Shown piece by piece: positions 48,583-62,720 of a stretch of DNA of 64,000 nucleotides. The notes beneath the pieces are model-generated. The model was not told the origin of the DNA. It saw nothing but the letters and a program-made list of their open reading frames with translations, and made no database searches. The stretch's first letter is position 1, and the number at the start of each line of letters is the position of its first letter. Made by a program: the position numbers and the translations under genes. The stretch lies in NCBI GenBank assembly GCA_051294905.1, contig CM119372.1:2730001-2794000 (forward strand), in the 5' to 3' direction. The DNA comes from Botryllus schlosseri. Lineage: Eukaryota.

Positions 48583-51500
48583 TCATGGTTGTCTGGGGCC
48601 TTGTTGATTACCACCACTTTCGCTCTTTCTGCACGCGAGTGTACGTAGGAATCGCATGGATGCCTCTCCGATATTGCTGAATCATATGAGTAAAGTAATT
48701 GTGTATTTGCTGCCCGTAATCGAAGTATTCCATGAATCTATTGTAATCAATTTTCATAACTATAGCCTATGATACAGTCCTTTGACGGAGTACACAAGGG
48801 TTGTAACTAGAGCCCGACCGATTATCGGCTCGCCGATAATATCGAGTCGATATCACGCTTGGAGAGAAATATCGGTATCGGCCATTGAAGGTAAAAAAAT
48901 ATCGGCCATTTTCGTGACGTCACACATGGTGGCAGGGAGTCAGAGAAGTCGATAGAAGACGTGAGGACGGTAAATTATAAAAATAAATGGCCAAGCTGCA
49001 TATAGTGCATACTGCATACAGGGCAGTAGGCGTGCCTATCTGAAAAATATTATAGATAACTAACAACCGTTATGCCCCACTGACTTCGGGGGAATCCCCC
49101 TGCAGTAATCGATCACCAGCGACAGAGAGCAGCTGGATGGATAGTTGTCTGCAGAAGATTTCAATCAGTAAGAGAAATGAGAACTTCAATCATGCTGGAC
49201 TGACCCTCGTAATGACAGAGAAAAGCGTCGCGTCGAAACATATCTCGGTTCGGTACCAACAGAGCTAATTATTCCAGTAATGTATGAAGTCGTCTGACTG
49301 AGGCCTGCGGGGCCACCATGATAGGAAATATGCAAGCATGAGGGCAAGAAAATCAAGCAAACGTGGAGTAAAGCCAATATTTGATACCAAAATTTTTGAT
49401 GCCATGATGACATTGGCCAATTCTGACACAAGAGCGTAAAATGTTGATTGTTGAAATGCTGGTCATGGTCAAGGCCCAAGGGGCCGGATGGAGCAGTTGC
49501 AGACTTGGACAATTTGAGTTGTTTTGCACATTCTCTTCAGCTATTTGTTAATGATTTGCTGAAGGCTCCAGGTGCATTGCCAGAAGAATATCAATATTAA
49601 TATCAATATATGGTGAAACCATTGAAGGAAAGATCCCCTGCATGGGGGCGGTGGAACCGTAAGGAAGAAAGAGATCCAATTCTTGCTGTGCCACTAACTA
49701 TGGTACCAAGTGAAAGACTGCTCCATGTGTTTAGTACTATATACATCATCTATGGAAGACCACAGAAGTTCACTCCGAGAAATTGTGCTTCGTGAACTGT
49801 AATCTGCAATTGCTGGATTGGTGCTTTTGATATATTTTTATAGTTCCTGGAACATTTATTTCATGTTCAAGCATATCAATGGCTGTAAAGTTGTTGAAAG
49901 AAATACTCTGATGTGTTAAATATGGACCTTGAGGTAGATTCCATATCTTTTGAATATCGGCTGAATATATCGGTGTTATCGGTGGAGGTACTGGATATCG
50001 GTCTTATCGGTATCGGCTCAGAAATCCAATATCGGTCGGGCTCTAGTTGTAACCAAGTCACAAGATTCGTAGTCAAAAGTAAATTTGACTTGTATAGTTT
50101 TGACTCGACTCAAACCGAATCCTTTTCAATTCATCACCGAGTCAAGTTCGAGTCCAAGAGGGAGCAATAGGTCCACGAAACTGACTCGAGAGGATGGAAT
50201 TTTGAGAGACCCTGATGGCCTCTATAAATGTACACACCTTGAGCACAAGTTGTAGAAAACCGGATTCAGGGATTCGGAAATTCTCAGGCAAATCAGACGG
50301 GCCAAATCGATAAATCGAACGTTGTAACTCCGGAGAATGGCCAGAGCCACTAAAACTCTGAAAACTGAATCATATACATATTGTTGTCAAAGACACACAA
50401 CCACACCAGTACGAAATGAAATCGCCTACAACTGCAACACAAAACGCATTGTGAACCGATACCGGTAACCTTCAAAATTTAGCGAAAGCGTTATTTCACG
50501 TGATACTGGTCGTGCCGGATGCGTTTGTGACGCCATCATTGGTTATCCATGGTTAAAAATGAGTTTTTGTGAACAACACGCAATATAATTTTCGATACAT
50601 TCATTCCAGAGCAGTTAACTGGTAACGGTAATTGCGCATGTGTCTCCGTAAGTATGTAGACCAGTGGTTCCCAACGTGGGCGATATCGCCCTCCAGGGGG
50701 CGATTTGGCGGCCTAGGGGGGCGAAAATGACGGAGGGGCGACAGGGGGCGAAAATAGCGAAGGGGGCGATAGGGGGGCGATGACGCGTTAAAACGGCTAA
50801 ATTGGAGTCAAGACGGAGAAATGACCTTTTTTTTATTTTTAGTCAACCCACGGAAATTTAGTGGCAAAAATGTAAAATTCGACAACGAGCCGGAAAGTTG
50901 AAGAAGCGCGAAGATTTGCGACAAAATTATAAGCCTGCGTCTTAAGCCTTCAAAATTCCGGACATTTAGCCATATTTGAGAAATTCCTCCCGGACGCAGT
51001 TTTAAAAGTGAAATTCCGGACATGTCCGGAAAATTCCGGACGTATGGCAACCCTAGTCTATTATTTTTGTAGTGTTATGTTGATGATTGTAATGAATACG
51101 CATAAAGATTCTCTCTCTCTCTCTCTCCCCACCAGAAACCAGTGAATTCCCCACCTGTTGGGAACCACTGCTGTAGTGACATACGCAGTTGAATATATAG
51201 AGTAAATATGGCTCCTTCGACGGAAAGGGTTTTTGACCACTGTGATAAACAGTCCAAAAATATCTTTAACAGCGACTACATCGTCATGCAGCATTTTTTA
51301 CGGTCGGCGGTCATTATCATCAGAAAACCCATTCCGTACCAATAATCTGTATGTGCCTGCTATAACTGTTGAACCGACGACGATTTCGAGGGCTTCAGCC
51401 ACTCCAGAACGTATACGTCGATTATATTGTGTGCAAATCGTCCTTAGGCTCACACTACATCTTTTTTCGGCTGTATTTCCACAACTATCCTTTCATTATA

Positions 51501-54500
51501 CAACGTTTCGAAAAAAATAATTTTGAAAAGGCATTTGTTTAAAACACTGTTCAAAACATGTTTTAAACAAAGTGTTATTAAACACCGTTTGTTTTATATG
51601 CAACCAAGTTATGTATACGGTCGCTGTCTGGAGTTTAGTGGTCGTAATAAACCTCCATAACTGAGCAAAGGCCTCTGGTTTGCATGCATCATTAAGATGG
51701 CGAAGACGCCAGTCCTAGGTACTGGTAGCCTACGTCAACCCTAGACATATTGACTCTCCTGAACTAAGGACTTCAGTTCCGTGAGTAATAAATAGTTCAC
51801 CTGAATCCTAATTTATAAATCCACCTTACCTATCTCTGGTATATAGCCGAAGATGAATGAGCCCACAATGCAGGATATCTGTTTGAACGCCTTGTTCTCC
51901 TTAGTCAGATCAGCATCGGAATTTGAATTTCCTGCGAGGAAAGCATTTCCTGGTTAATATTTCCATTTTAGACATTGGATAAGGGCGTATATGATTAATG
52001 TTGTAGGGGGCAGTATCGACTTCCGGTACAACTGCGGACTTAAGTCCAAGAGAGGGTTTTCTCGGCTCCTCATCGCAACATTTAAGTGGCAACGATCGAA
52101 ACATGAAATCTAGTACATAAGTATTAAAGTTGCATCGGTATGGCTGCAGTGTAACTCACCGCAAAAGTCGGAAACCTATGCAAAACAAATATTGGATTGA
52201 AGTTGTAACAAATACCGGGAAGCAAATAGAAATTCACTTTGTTATCTTGGCCTTACTTTTCTTGGTACGTCTGTACACTATCAGCAGAAGAGTGTAGCAC
52301 GACAAGACGACGCTGAGCAATATCACGAGGAAAAACGTCACTGGGATGTAATACCTCGAGTACATCCTCGTATAATGGGACCTGTTAAAAATCTCGAAGT
52401 CTAAGTTGTGTATGGACCGGTACCTCCATAGAAACGACCGTGGAAAACGTGCAAACTTATATCACCGATGTTACTGATTCTGAATGCCGTGAGGAGATGT
52501 ACGCATACTGTAAAGTAAAGGCGTCAGTTTGTTTTATTGAGGCGGGGCTGAAGCTGCTCAGACGCCAACACGCCCAACGCCACCCTGCGGCTGAGTCTCT
52601 ACGTGTCGCTTGGCGTATGAACGGGTTTAAACGCAGGGTGGCGGCTGATGGCTACGACGTTTGGCCTCCAGCATTTTACAGCGCCTACCCTGTAAATTAG
52701 GGTTTCCATACGTCCTCTTTTGTGAGGATTTGTCCTCTTTTTTATTTCTATGAAAGTATCCTCGGAGGACTCCAAATGTCCTATGTGTTGAGAAATTGCC
52801 CTCTTTTTTGAAAATTTTGATTAAATATACTTGGAAATTGAACTGTGATATAGGAAATCAGCGCTCAAGCAACGGCCCGGCGGGTTTTTCGGGACTTGAG
52901 CCGGCCTTTTTTTGAGTCAATTAACCACAAACTGTGGAAAAATTTACCATTTTTTCCAGATTTCACTCCAGTATTGGAAATCTGGAAAGTTTGAAAAAGT
53001 GTTCTATTTTCAGATTCCCCAAATATGGTGACCCTGCCGTACATAAACATGGTGTTTGGCGTTTGGGATTTCGAGACGCCTCGTATGACGTAGCTACCGG
53101 ATATAGGCAGCGCTAGCCGTCTTGTAGCCACAGCTGATATACAGTAGTTACGGCATGGCCGGCATGTTTAAATTATACGCAGCCCGTGGTGGCTTGTTAG
53201 TTGATATATCCAGACGCCAAACGTCGCCATGTCCAAATTGGCATACACTCGTGGCGTCTTGATAGGTTGATACCCAGACGACAAAACAAAGCATATCATT
53301 GCAGCGGGCAAGTCGGAGGATGGATATGTTTCTAGTCTTCAAGCCGCTGGAATATTTGATCAAGTCAATAAGATCACGCAGTATGCTACATAGCATCTAG
53401 AGCAGTGGTTCTCAACCTGGGGGGCGTGAATGCATCTGAAGGGGGGCGCGAAGAAGCGGTCAATTGAAAAAAAATTCGCGCTCTGCGCAATTTACCTCCA
53501 ACTCACGCGTGTTTCTCTTTATTTAGACTGAATTTCATATTTTTGAATTTTCTCATCAGCAGTCATAACCTTCCACGCCATCAAACAATCTGTCGGGGAT
53601 GCTAGCATTTCGGTTGGATTTTGTGATATGACGATAAGGGGGGGGGGCGAAATTTTTCACTACCATAAAGTGGGGCGTGTCTAAAAAAAAGGTTGAGAAC
53701 CACTGATCTAGAGATTAGATTGTTTTCTGTTAGGGCAGGGGTCGCCAACTCATAACGGGTCGCGGGCCTCTTTTCAAATTTCGTATAGCGGCCGAGGGCC
53801 GCATGAATTCAATATTGATATAAAGTAGGCAACCACGTTTTAAAACTCTACGTCAGTACAACGCTGTGCTTCCTAACATGGCGATGGGTAAAGTGACCAC
53901 AAAAGAAATAATATTTTATCAAAGGAATATAAATACAACAAAAGACCATTGTCATCAATTTCATTTTATTTTGAACTCTGAGCCGTACACGATACCTGGA
54001 AACGCTTTTGGGGGCTAGCGAGATGCGTTACGAGCTGAAAGACCACCTCCACGCAAAGCTTGATCTTGTGGGGAAGCCCTAATAAAGCCAGTGGTTCTCA
54101 AACCATTTTAGACATGCCCCCCTATTATGATACTGAAAAATTTCGCGTACCCCTTATCGTCACATCAGAAAATGCATCCAAAATGCTAGCAATCCCAACG
54201 GATAGTTTGATGTCATGGAAGGCTATGAATGCTGATTAGAGAATTCTAGAATATGAATGCCGGATATACACTGAGAAATAACTATAAATATGAATTCCAG
54301 GTAAATCGCGCGAAGCCCGAAATATTTTTTTTCTTGACCTGTTTACGAAATTTCAAATCAAGTCGCGTGCCACGTGTTGGTGACCCCTGGTGTAGGGTTA
54401 CCATACGTCCTCTTTAAGAGGACTTGTCCTCTTTTTTCAATAAATTGAAAGTGTCCTCGGAAGACGCCTATATGTCCTCTTTTTTGATAATGCGACTCCG

Positions 54501-57500
54501 ACGCAACGAACATCATATTTTCGTAAGAAATTGTTATTTTTCATTTTTTTTTAGTCAACACAGTACTGTATAGGTCGAAAAAATTTGCAAAATATCTAAT
54601 TTTCCTGTCCGGTGCTAAATCTTTCAGAATTTTTAAAAAGCGCTTTCGTTTTAGGATCGCAAAATACGTTAACTGTGTTATAGTGATTCATTTCAGACCG
54701 ATAAAGTCGCAAGAGAAATCATTTACAGTTGTATTTAAATCGTCTTAATGTATGTCGTGGTTGTGCAACGGATTCAGTCTTGGTCATTATGACCTCATTC
54801 TACTATTACAAATTTTCGCAAAGCCATAAAATTGAAAAAGTTCTAACATAATGCACAACTTACTAGACATGCAATGGATTATATCGGTGCATAAACTGAA
54901 CTGTGCGTCAACAGAGTGCAAAAAGAACGAAACCATCAAAATGACAGTTTCACACAAAACGAAAACATTTTAATGAATGATTATTACGAGTCAGTGTTAC
55001 TTCTGCTGTTGCCATTGCCCATTTAGATAACAGTTCAGAATTACGACGCTTCACTTTGGACAGGGTCATCATATTGTGCGGTCGAATCGCAGCAGCGAGA
55101 TGCCCGATTGCTCAATTACGAATAGCCTATAAATATTGGAGATAGCTTCGGCATTCCAGAACGTCGGTATTTTGATATCGAACCCCAACCTCTCCCGTTT
55201 ACGCGACTGCACCAGACTTGTACAAACTAAACATTCAGTTACTTCACTGGTTCCCAACGTGGGCAATATCGCCCGCCAATGGACGATTTTGAGAAACAAG
55301 GGGGCAAAAATACCAAATAGGGCGACAATACCAAATGTGGCGACAGAGGGGCGATGGGGGGCGAAAATGATACGACGTACACTGAGATATATTTAAATAA
55401 CATGGCCAAAAAATGCACGTGAAGGCGGCATTTCGTGATCACGATGCAAAAAAGGTTAACTCAACGGAAAGTAGACGAGGAAACTGGTTTCCGATCAGAG
55501 TTGATGAGCTTCTTGGAGGTGCAGAACTTCAATATACAATTAAATAGTATATTCATATTAAAATGAACCCGAATATTTTCGGCTGACAATCGTCAGGGGT
55601 AATCGTCAGCAACTAGTAGAGAATTGGAAAGAACATTGTATATCAACAATCGTATCACAAAACATGACGTCACCAGCATGAAATTTCGAATGAGAGAACG
55701 TTCAATGCACTATTTTTAGGTGGTACACGAACTCCTTTTGTTGACAGAGTTTTGGTTGGTGTATTTTGATAAAAGTTGATTCCAAGGCACACAAATGGAA
55801 ATAAAAATAGTGCATTGAACGCTCTCTGATTCGAAATTTCATGCTGGTGACGTCATATTTTGTGATACGATTGTTGATATACAATGTTCTTTCCAATTCT
55901 CTACTAGTTGCTGACGATTACCCCTGACGAGTGTCAGCCGAAAATATTCGGGTTCATTTCAATATGAATATACTATTTAATTGTAGATTAGAGTTGAGTG
56001 GTTTGACTACACTGATCGGCCCTAATTGCCTGCAACCGTAATGATGGCCAAGAATCGTACGCATGAGTTGAGTAGGATATGTGTGCAATTGACCTCCGCG
56101 GAACCGTAAAGACTGGCCCATGGAACCCCTAGTGTGTGGCAGCCCACCCATTAGCAGAGATGAGCGGATTTGAAGTTTCTATGTTCTAATCCGATCCAAA
56201 TCCGAAGCTTCAATTCCTAATCCCTAATACAGTCCAGAAATTTTGTATATTTCAATCCTAATCTTAATCCTAATTCGATTCAAACTTAGAATTCCACTTA
56301 GAAAGCCTACATCTGATGCCTATAATTTTGTAAAAATGAATAAAACGCCTAATGAGGGTCAAAATACATGAAGTAACTTTGGTAGGACGATAAAGTCTGT
56401 CGCCATTCCCCTCAGGACATCAATATTCCGAAAATCGGTAAATCCAATCCTAATCCTAATCCATTCTTGAAAAAATCTTAAATCTTAATCCACCAAAATT
56501 TTCCAAATCCTAATCCTAATGCTCATCTTAGTCCATTAGAGGCGTATTTGTTCTAATTGTTTATTGTTACTGTGGTAGTGTTGTTATTGCTGAGGCCACC
56601 AAGTGTCTGGTTACGACTAGGTAGTGTGGACACTTGTGGTGTACAGATGACAACGCATATTGCATGAGCGTGTCTCTATTTCTGTACTACCATATAACAC
56701 CTATGTTTCAACAGTAGCCAGGGTTAATCGTCCGAAATTAGAGAATTGAAAATAACGTCGTGTATAATTGAATAGTATATTCATATTGAAATGAGCCCAA
56801 ATATTTCCGGGTAATCGTAAGCAACTATGAAGACAATTAGAAAGAACAAAGTATTTCAACAATCTAGTATCAGCCGAAAATACTCGGGTTCATTTCAAAA
56901 TGAATATACTATTCAGTTGTATAAAAGTTCTGTACCGCCAAAAATCTCTTCAATTTCGTATATCAAACCAAATTAGAATGACAGCTACAGAGTTTCTGTC
57001 ATATTATGTTAGAATTAGATTCACTGATTTCGCAAAAAAAATTGTAAATTCAATTTAATTTTCAGAATTAGAAAGAAATACCAAAATCAAGTTCAGTTCA
57101 TGCGCACGATATCTATAACTGCGTCTCAAAATCCCACACATCAAACGCCATGTTTCTCCTGTTTCTCCACACACAGAAATATTGGGATGAAGGTTATATC
57201 CACAAGATTTTTGTCTTGTGCAAGAGATTTCTGGTCATATACTAATCGTTTCAGATTTCAACAGACTTTATGTAAATCCGGTAGCTTGTGATACGATCTA
57301 ATGCTCGTCTGGCCACCGGATTTGGGCGTTTCGATATGCAGAAGAAGTGGTGGTACAAGTACAACGAAGAATCTGGCGTGATGTTGCTACCGTGTGTGGA
57401 GTCGGCTCTTACCACTTTCCAAATATTCTGCATACGCGGTGTGTATATTCAGGCGGTTCCCGAAAACTCATTGCGAACAGTGGATACCACCCACTCGTTG

Positions 57501-60500
57501 CAAAGGATTCGGTCCACAAAACGCTCACCAACACCTGACAAGAAATCAATACCACTTTTGAAACCATTGCAATATTCATCTCAAAACCCATTCACTTACC
57601 ACAGTACGCTTCTGATTGAGCTTTTTCAGTAGAAAGGGAAACTTGATAGCAACGAAACGAAACATTACTACAGCAAGGATATGATGTGCCGTTGCGATCG
57701 TAGTCCAGTGGTCTATTGCGACAGAGACCTTAAAAATCGACATAGCGACAATTATTTTTGCATCGGTGATTCTATAGAAGACCTTTAATTGGTTGCACTT
57801 GGAAACCTTTACTGCCGTTGATTACTACCGAATTTGGTCAAATACTACTGTTTATTAAAAACGACGACGCCAATAAAGAAGACCTGACTTTCCGATAAGC
57901 ACCAAAAGGAGATAACGTCTCTGTCCGAGAGTTAAGAAGAGATAAGATATGATATGATAACAGTGGCGGCTCGTGACAATATCGGGTGGTGGGGCAAGGG
58001 GTACATGCGATGTTAATAATCTAAATGACGTCACAATAGTGTACTCCGACGTGTAAATGTGACTTCGTGGTCGTCACACACAGTTTGTATGGTGTATAGA
58101 TATTAGGCATGGTTAACTAGGCTTACGCGTTTCAAATTTTCTTAATATATTCATGACAGAAATATATTAAAACCCGAAGCTTTTCCAGCTGACACTCTTC
58201 AAATTATTCGGAATAAAATATGAAGTACAGTAGTTCATACCTGCATATTTTAACGTTTGTATCAGTAGGCGTATTGCGCGCGGCGTGATTTCATAGTTGC
58301 AAGATGTTCAATGACGAATTCATTGAAATCTGGAATACCCATAATGACAGCGCTGAGAATTCTGAGCACATCTACTATAACTCATCGAGCCTATATCTTT
58401 ACACATCCCGATTCTAAGAGAAGTCGCGATGCGTTTTAATGTGCTGAAACCACGCTTGGATTCCTCGGATGAAATCGGAGTGGCCAATATGATATTTAAA
58501 AAAGCCAGTTACTGCAGCAAAGTTGATAGAAAGCGATTTTCAACTATAGGAATTTTGAAAGTTCACCACTGGTTACTACTTCGAAAAAAAGATGCATTGG
58601 AATATAAGCCAGTCAACTCTAACCGAGTAATGTCGACGATCGGGTAATATCGAGACACCGTTTGCAGTAGAGACCACATGATTCAGATCACGATACCCAA
58701 TTTTGTTCCAACTAGATAAACTGCCTCTGACACCAGCAGTGTAAAAGTGTATAACAAGGCGTCCTTATCCTCGCTTATACCTCAGCCCTTCATTTTTATC
58801 GAAATATGTTGGGAAAATGGTAAGAGTGCGCTTTCCTCCCGCGCACAATTAGATCAATGGACAATTTTTAGGCTGATAAGGACCGTGTCTCTTTACCTCT
58901 AATTATTGCTCTGAAGGAAACTGCATAAACGGCGTAAGGAGCAGAAATTCAACACGATTCATGTTCGCAATTGACCGCTGGCTAACAATCTGCAAACATA
59001 AGACTGTAACCTATATAGCCTAACCGCAAAGGTCAACGAGTTCAGACACAAACGCCATTGTTATCTCATAGATTGGACCTGCCATATTGAATCCAACACA
59101 TCATTTTAAATTTGAAGAAGTAATACGAAAGCAGCCTCGGAATTTCGGTCTCGGAACAACATAGGAGATTTTGGCCTTGAAACTGGAGACTGTGACATAG
59201 GCTAACACAAATGGCTTACTGTCTAGAAGCCTGCTGCTAACTCGGCATTGGAAAATATATTACCGAATAAATACGTGAATGAAAGCTGTAAACTTAATAC
59301 ACTGTTACATGGCATCATCGAGAAGTAGCCTCATGACCCTTTTCGGTATGGTACTGTCAAAATTAATACGAACAGCCTGTTCGGAACAGACCAACACCGA
59401 ATTTTGCGTAAAATTTACTGAGGAAAAGGCTGATGAAGTGATCAGATCAGCTGTTAGCCGTCATCGAAAACGAAATAGCTTTCGCGCATGACAGGGGGTT
59501 GTTAGCAAATGGCTTGAAGACCACAATTTCACGGCGAAATTGACATTGGAGAATATAAAATAAAAGTAAGTATTTGAATGCAAAACGAGAATGTTGATAA
59601 ACTGTTTCATGATATCATCGTCTCATCACCTATCTCAGTATGGAACACAGTTACCGTAACCGCCTTTTGCGTGAAATCCGATATGCGTTAGGTAGGCTTA
59701 GTGTCAGATCGGCGCACATCTCTACCATACTCGACCTCGATAACGAAATTACTGCCCTAACCATTGAGTGTCAACCTTGAGACTTGGCACAGCGTTCGAT
59801 ACTAAAATCAAGACATACCGTGCAAAAGCTCATGACGGATCTAGGTAAGGAGCATCATTAAAATCAATAGAGACCAATACCGGCTTTGCGTAAAATCTGT
59901 TAGCGATAAATGACGAGTCAGCTCTCCCTCGACTTAGGAAACGAAATTACCACTAACACAGTTCAGTGACAAACTTAAAACTTGGTACAGCGTTCGATAC
60001 TAACATTAAGACTTACCGTGCCAAATGTCATTACCGATCTCGGTATGGAACGTCATCAAAATCAATGGACACCAATACCGGCTTATGAGTAGAATCTGCT
60101 TGCGATACATGACGGATCAGCACACACTCAATTTCGGAAACGGAACTACTGCCCTAATCTTTAAGTACCAACCCTGAAACTTGGGGCAGTGTTAAATACC
60201 ACCATCACGACAGAACACACCAAGTTTCAAGAATTATCATGGTGTGAAACACCGTCAAAATGGACCTATACCAGCAAAGACCGACTCCACGCATATGACG
60301 GTAACCGAGTTCAGATATAGATACGATTGTTACATCACACCTTAGGGGCAACGAGGCTATGTTGCCCTACCTGCTCGGTAATTTTATGAATAGGAGAGAG
60401 TAAATCATTGTTTCTTTATTGTGCGTGGCTTTGAGAGAATAGACAGTGAAAGCTTGTTTTGAGCGCTACCGGGGCATGCCCCGACTAGCCATTCGCAAAG

Positions 60501-61508
60501 CGAAATCGCGGAGGAGAATTCGATTTTCGCAGAGACTTCGCTATATATGGGCAGTTGGGCATTTACAAGCGAAAGCACAATGCGATTTGCGTTGGGATGT
60601 CGGTATATATTGATTGCTGTGCGTCTATAAATGATAAATTATTGTTATTGAACCGAATTTTAGGTGGAGCATTGCCGCAGTTGCCCTATAGGACGAGCCG
60701 CCACTGTATGATAAGTACATTATGTAACACAACAAATTTTTTGTATATGTATGTATTGTACACACTACACAGTCACACGGTGACGAAAATTATTTACGAT
60801 TTATTTTTACTAATACAATCTCAATTTATTTCAGATTGCATCTTTCTCAAGCGCAATCTCATGTTCACCAGTTCACGTATGGTCCCTTGTCACTTACATT
60901 TGTACAAACTGATTAGTCTGCACTCCAGCGGATGGAGACTGACTCAGAAGGCCTCACGTTCCCTCGTCGTCTTCTGGTGCAAACTGCCAGTTTGTTATGT
61001 GTATTTTTCTTTGTTTATTGGTGTGACAAGTAAAAGCCTATCAATCTATCTAGATATGATCGCGGAACAGAACATTGATTCCCAAAGTTTAGCGGGGATA
61101 AGCTGCCCCTTGAATTGCACAACTTTCAAAAATCATATTTTCGTTGATATTTGTTCTATTAGATGCCATATTTCATGTATCCACAACTTTTGATGATTGG
61201 ATAAGCTTAAGTTTAACAAACCTGACAGAATTTCTGGCGACGGATAGACTAGTCCACGGACCTACGGGGCTCAGACTATAGATTACTAACCTACGTATAG
61301 GTTAGTAATCCATACTCAGGCACATAATTCCTTCTCAACTATATGCAGCGTCTGAATTTGCTGATGCGGTAACCTCACCTTACAGATCCATAGTGGCAGA
61401 TTGTAGTCTCGCGGTAGCCAGGTTGACTTGTAATACATCAAAGGACTGACCGAAGCTGACATGAAATCCGAGACACACAATCCCATCAGAATGACGTTGA
61501 AAGGCTTA
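48583..61508 (-). CDS. Rhodopsin-class 7TM GPCR, partial (TM2 to C-terminus); exons 61508-61379, 57728-57600, 57534-57413, 52381-52257, 51931-51830, 50364-50238, 48676-48583
   Basis: All introns are GT-AG and phase-compatible. TM2 KPFNVILMGLCVSDF, TM3 CKVSVAIDHW..FRFVAIKFP, TM4 VLWTESF, TM5 IPVTFFLVILL, TM6 KAFKQISCIVGSFIFGYIP, TM7 LRISESLNPVFYNLCS. TM1 exon not found in the window. Confidence 0.85.
48808..50045 (+). mobile_element. Internally deleted hAT element inserted into a CAGGGTTGTA MITE
   Basis: TAGAGCCCGACCGAT...ATCGGTCGGGCTCTA; exact TSD GTTGTAAC. Scraps CFAHSLQLFVND and PLTMVPSERL. Confidence 0.85.
50662..51170. mobile_element. hAT-Charlie-type MITE (composite)
   Basis: CAGTGGTTCCCAAC...GTTGGGAACCACTG; related left end at ~55245. 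Confidence 0.65.
53403..53705. mobile_element. hAT-Charlie MITE
   Basis: CAGTGGTTCTCAACC / GGTTGAGAACCACTG; exact TSD ATCTAGAG. Confidence 0.9.
53736..54389. mobile_element. hAT MITE with a nested Charlie fragment
   Basis: CAGGGGTCGCCAAC...GTTGGTGACCCCTG; related end at ~4860-4922. Confidence 0.65.
55537..55983. mobile_element. Palindromic MITE (~180-bp arms), TA-flanked
   Basis: Near-perfect inverted arms; partial copies at ~41837-41980, ~56763-56923 and ~25130-25270. Confidence 0.85.
57961..60706 (-). mobile_element. Degraded hAT transposon in a GPCR intron
   Basis: TIR CAGTGGCGGCTCGT / ACGAGCCGCCACTG; exact TSD TATGATAA. Minus-strand remnant ILATPISSEESKRGFSTLKRI. About three ~195-bp tandem units at ~59700-60280. 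Confidence 0.85.
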
Positions 61509-62283
61509 CTGAAATGTGAGCAATTCAAATTGCATACAACAGTCAATGCTTGGAAGGAGGAAGGGCAAATCGGGCCCTGCGTATTTAACGTAGCTGGAGA
61601 TAGAGCGGGGGATCTGTATGAAATGTCAGTGATCAATAATCGTCAGGTAATATTTCTTCCGATCAAGACACACACAATGTACAATGCGAAACACAAGACA
61701 CGGTAGAATGTAATGCACAGATAGTCTGGAGTCCACGGAGGATTAATCTGAAGTCCAAGTCAGCCTACTACCCGATGACCGCTGTCACAGTTTTGTCGAT
61801 AATAATCTTTTTTTTAGCGGTTCTTTTAAAGTAAAAAATTCATACGCTCTTTCCTTGCTCTTTCCATTGGATTTCTGTATGAGTACATTCTGCATCGGGT
61901 ATTTTTGTCTCCGTGACAACGTTTTATTCGATCGTTGTTTACGTCACATAGATTGTTTATAACTAGGGCGATTTTTTGCCCTAAAAACGGAAGATTTTGA
62001 ACTAAAAAATGACATTTTTTACATTTTTGACCTTGAAAAACATTATTTTGACAAAATATTGCCCTCATGTATGTACATTATAGGTGTTTTCGCACATAAT
62101 GTGTGAATTGTACCACGTATCTTCATTTCTGGTTGGATCTGTCTGTCCTTACGAAATATTTTGACCTGAAAAAACTTTTTGACTTAAAAACTGACAACTT
62201 TTTACATGAAAAAACTTTATTTTATCGAAATCTGGACCTATGAAGAATTTCAGTAGTTACATCACGCATTATGGTAGAAATAA

Positions 62284-62490
62284 TTACAATCGGTTGCAGT
62301 ACAACGAAAGATACTTTCCTACATTCTCAGGAAGAATGAGTCTGTCCTTGCTAAGTAGCTTGTCAAGAACCGAGAAAGGAAGTTCAATAGCAGCAGTTGT
62401 TGGCTGGTAGCACGAAAGTTGTACGTACACTACTGGTGACGCACCGTGTTGCTTCATTCTGAGATTGTCTACATCACAATTTTTCATCAT
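62284..62490 (-). pseudogene. hAT transposase C-terminal remnant
   Basis: CYQPTTAAIELPFSVLDKLLSKDR..PENVGKYL resembles the TS..VERSFS.L dimerisation motif. Confidence 0.55.
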
Positions 62491-62585
62491 GCGCTTCTTG
62501 GTATAAGAACCATGTAATGCTCATGCAGTGTTACGTCGAGCATAACACCATGTGAATTTATATTCATCTCATTTTTGACCTATTA

Positions 62586-62720
62586 CACTGGGCAACAATT
62601 TTGAACGAAAAATTTGTTGACTTTGATTTTGCACTTGATTTAGGCTAATTTTGGCGTGCTGATTCCAAAAATGCCATTGGTTTTCTTCCATCACGTCAAG
62701 TGTTTGCTCTACGGCATATG
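62586..62720 (+). mobile_element. Chapaev3-like terminal fragment
   Basis: TTA-CACTGGGCAACA..GCTGATTCCAAAAATG resembles the left end at 27874. Confidence 0.5.

Noticed and set aside
60555..61193. 212-aa ORF
   Set aside because: Non-ATG start, crosses a hAT terminus, lies antisense in a GPCR intron, and has no motif.
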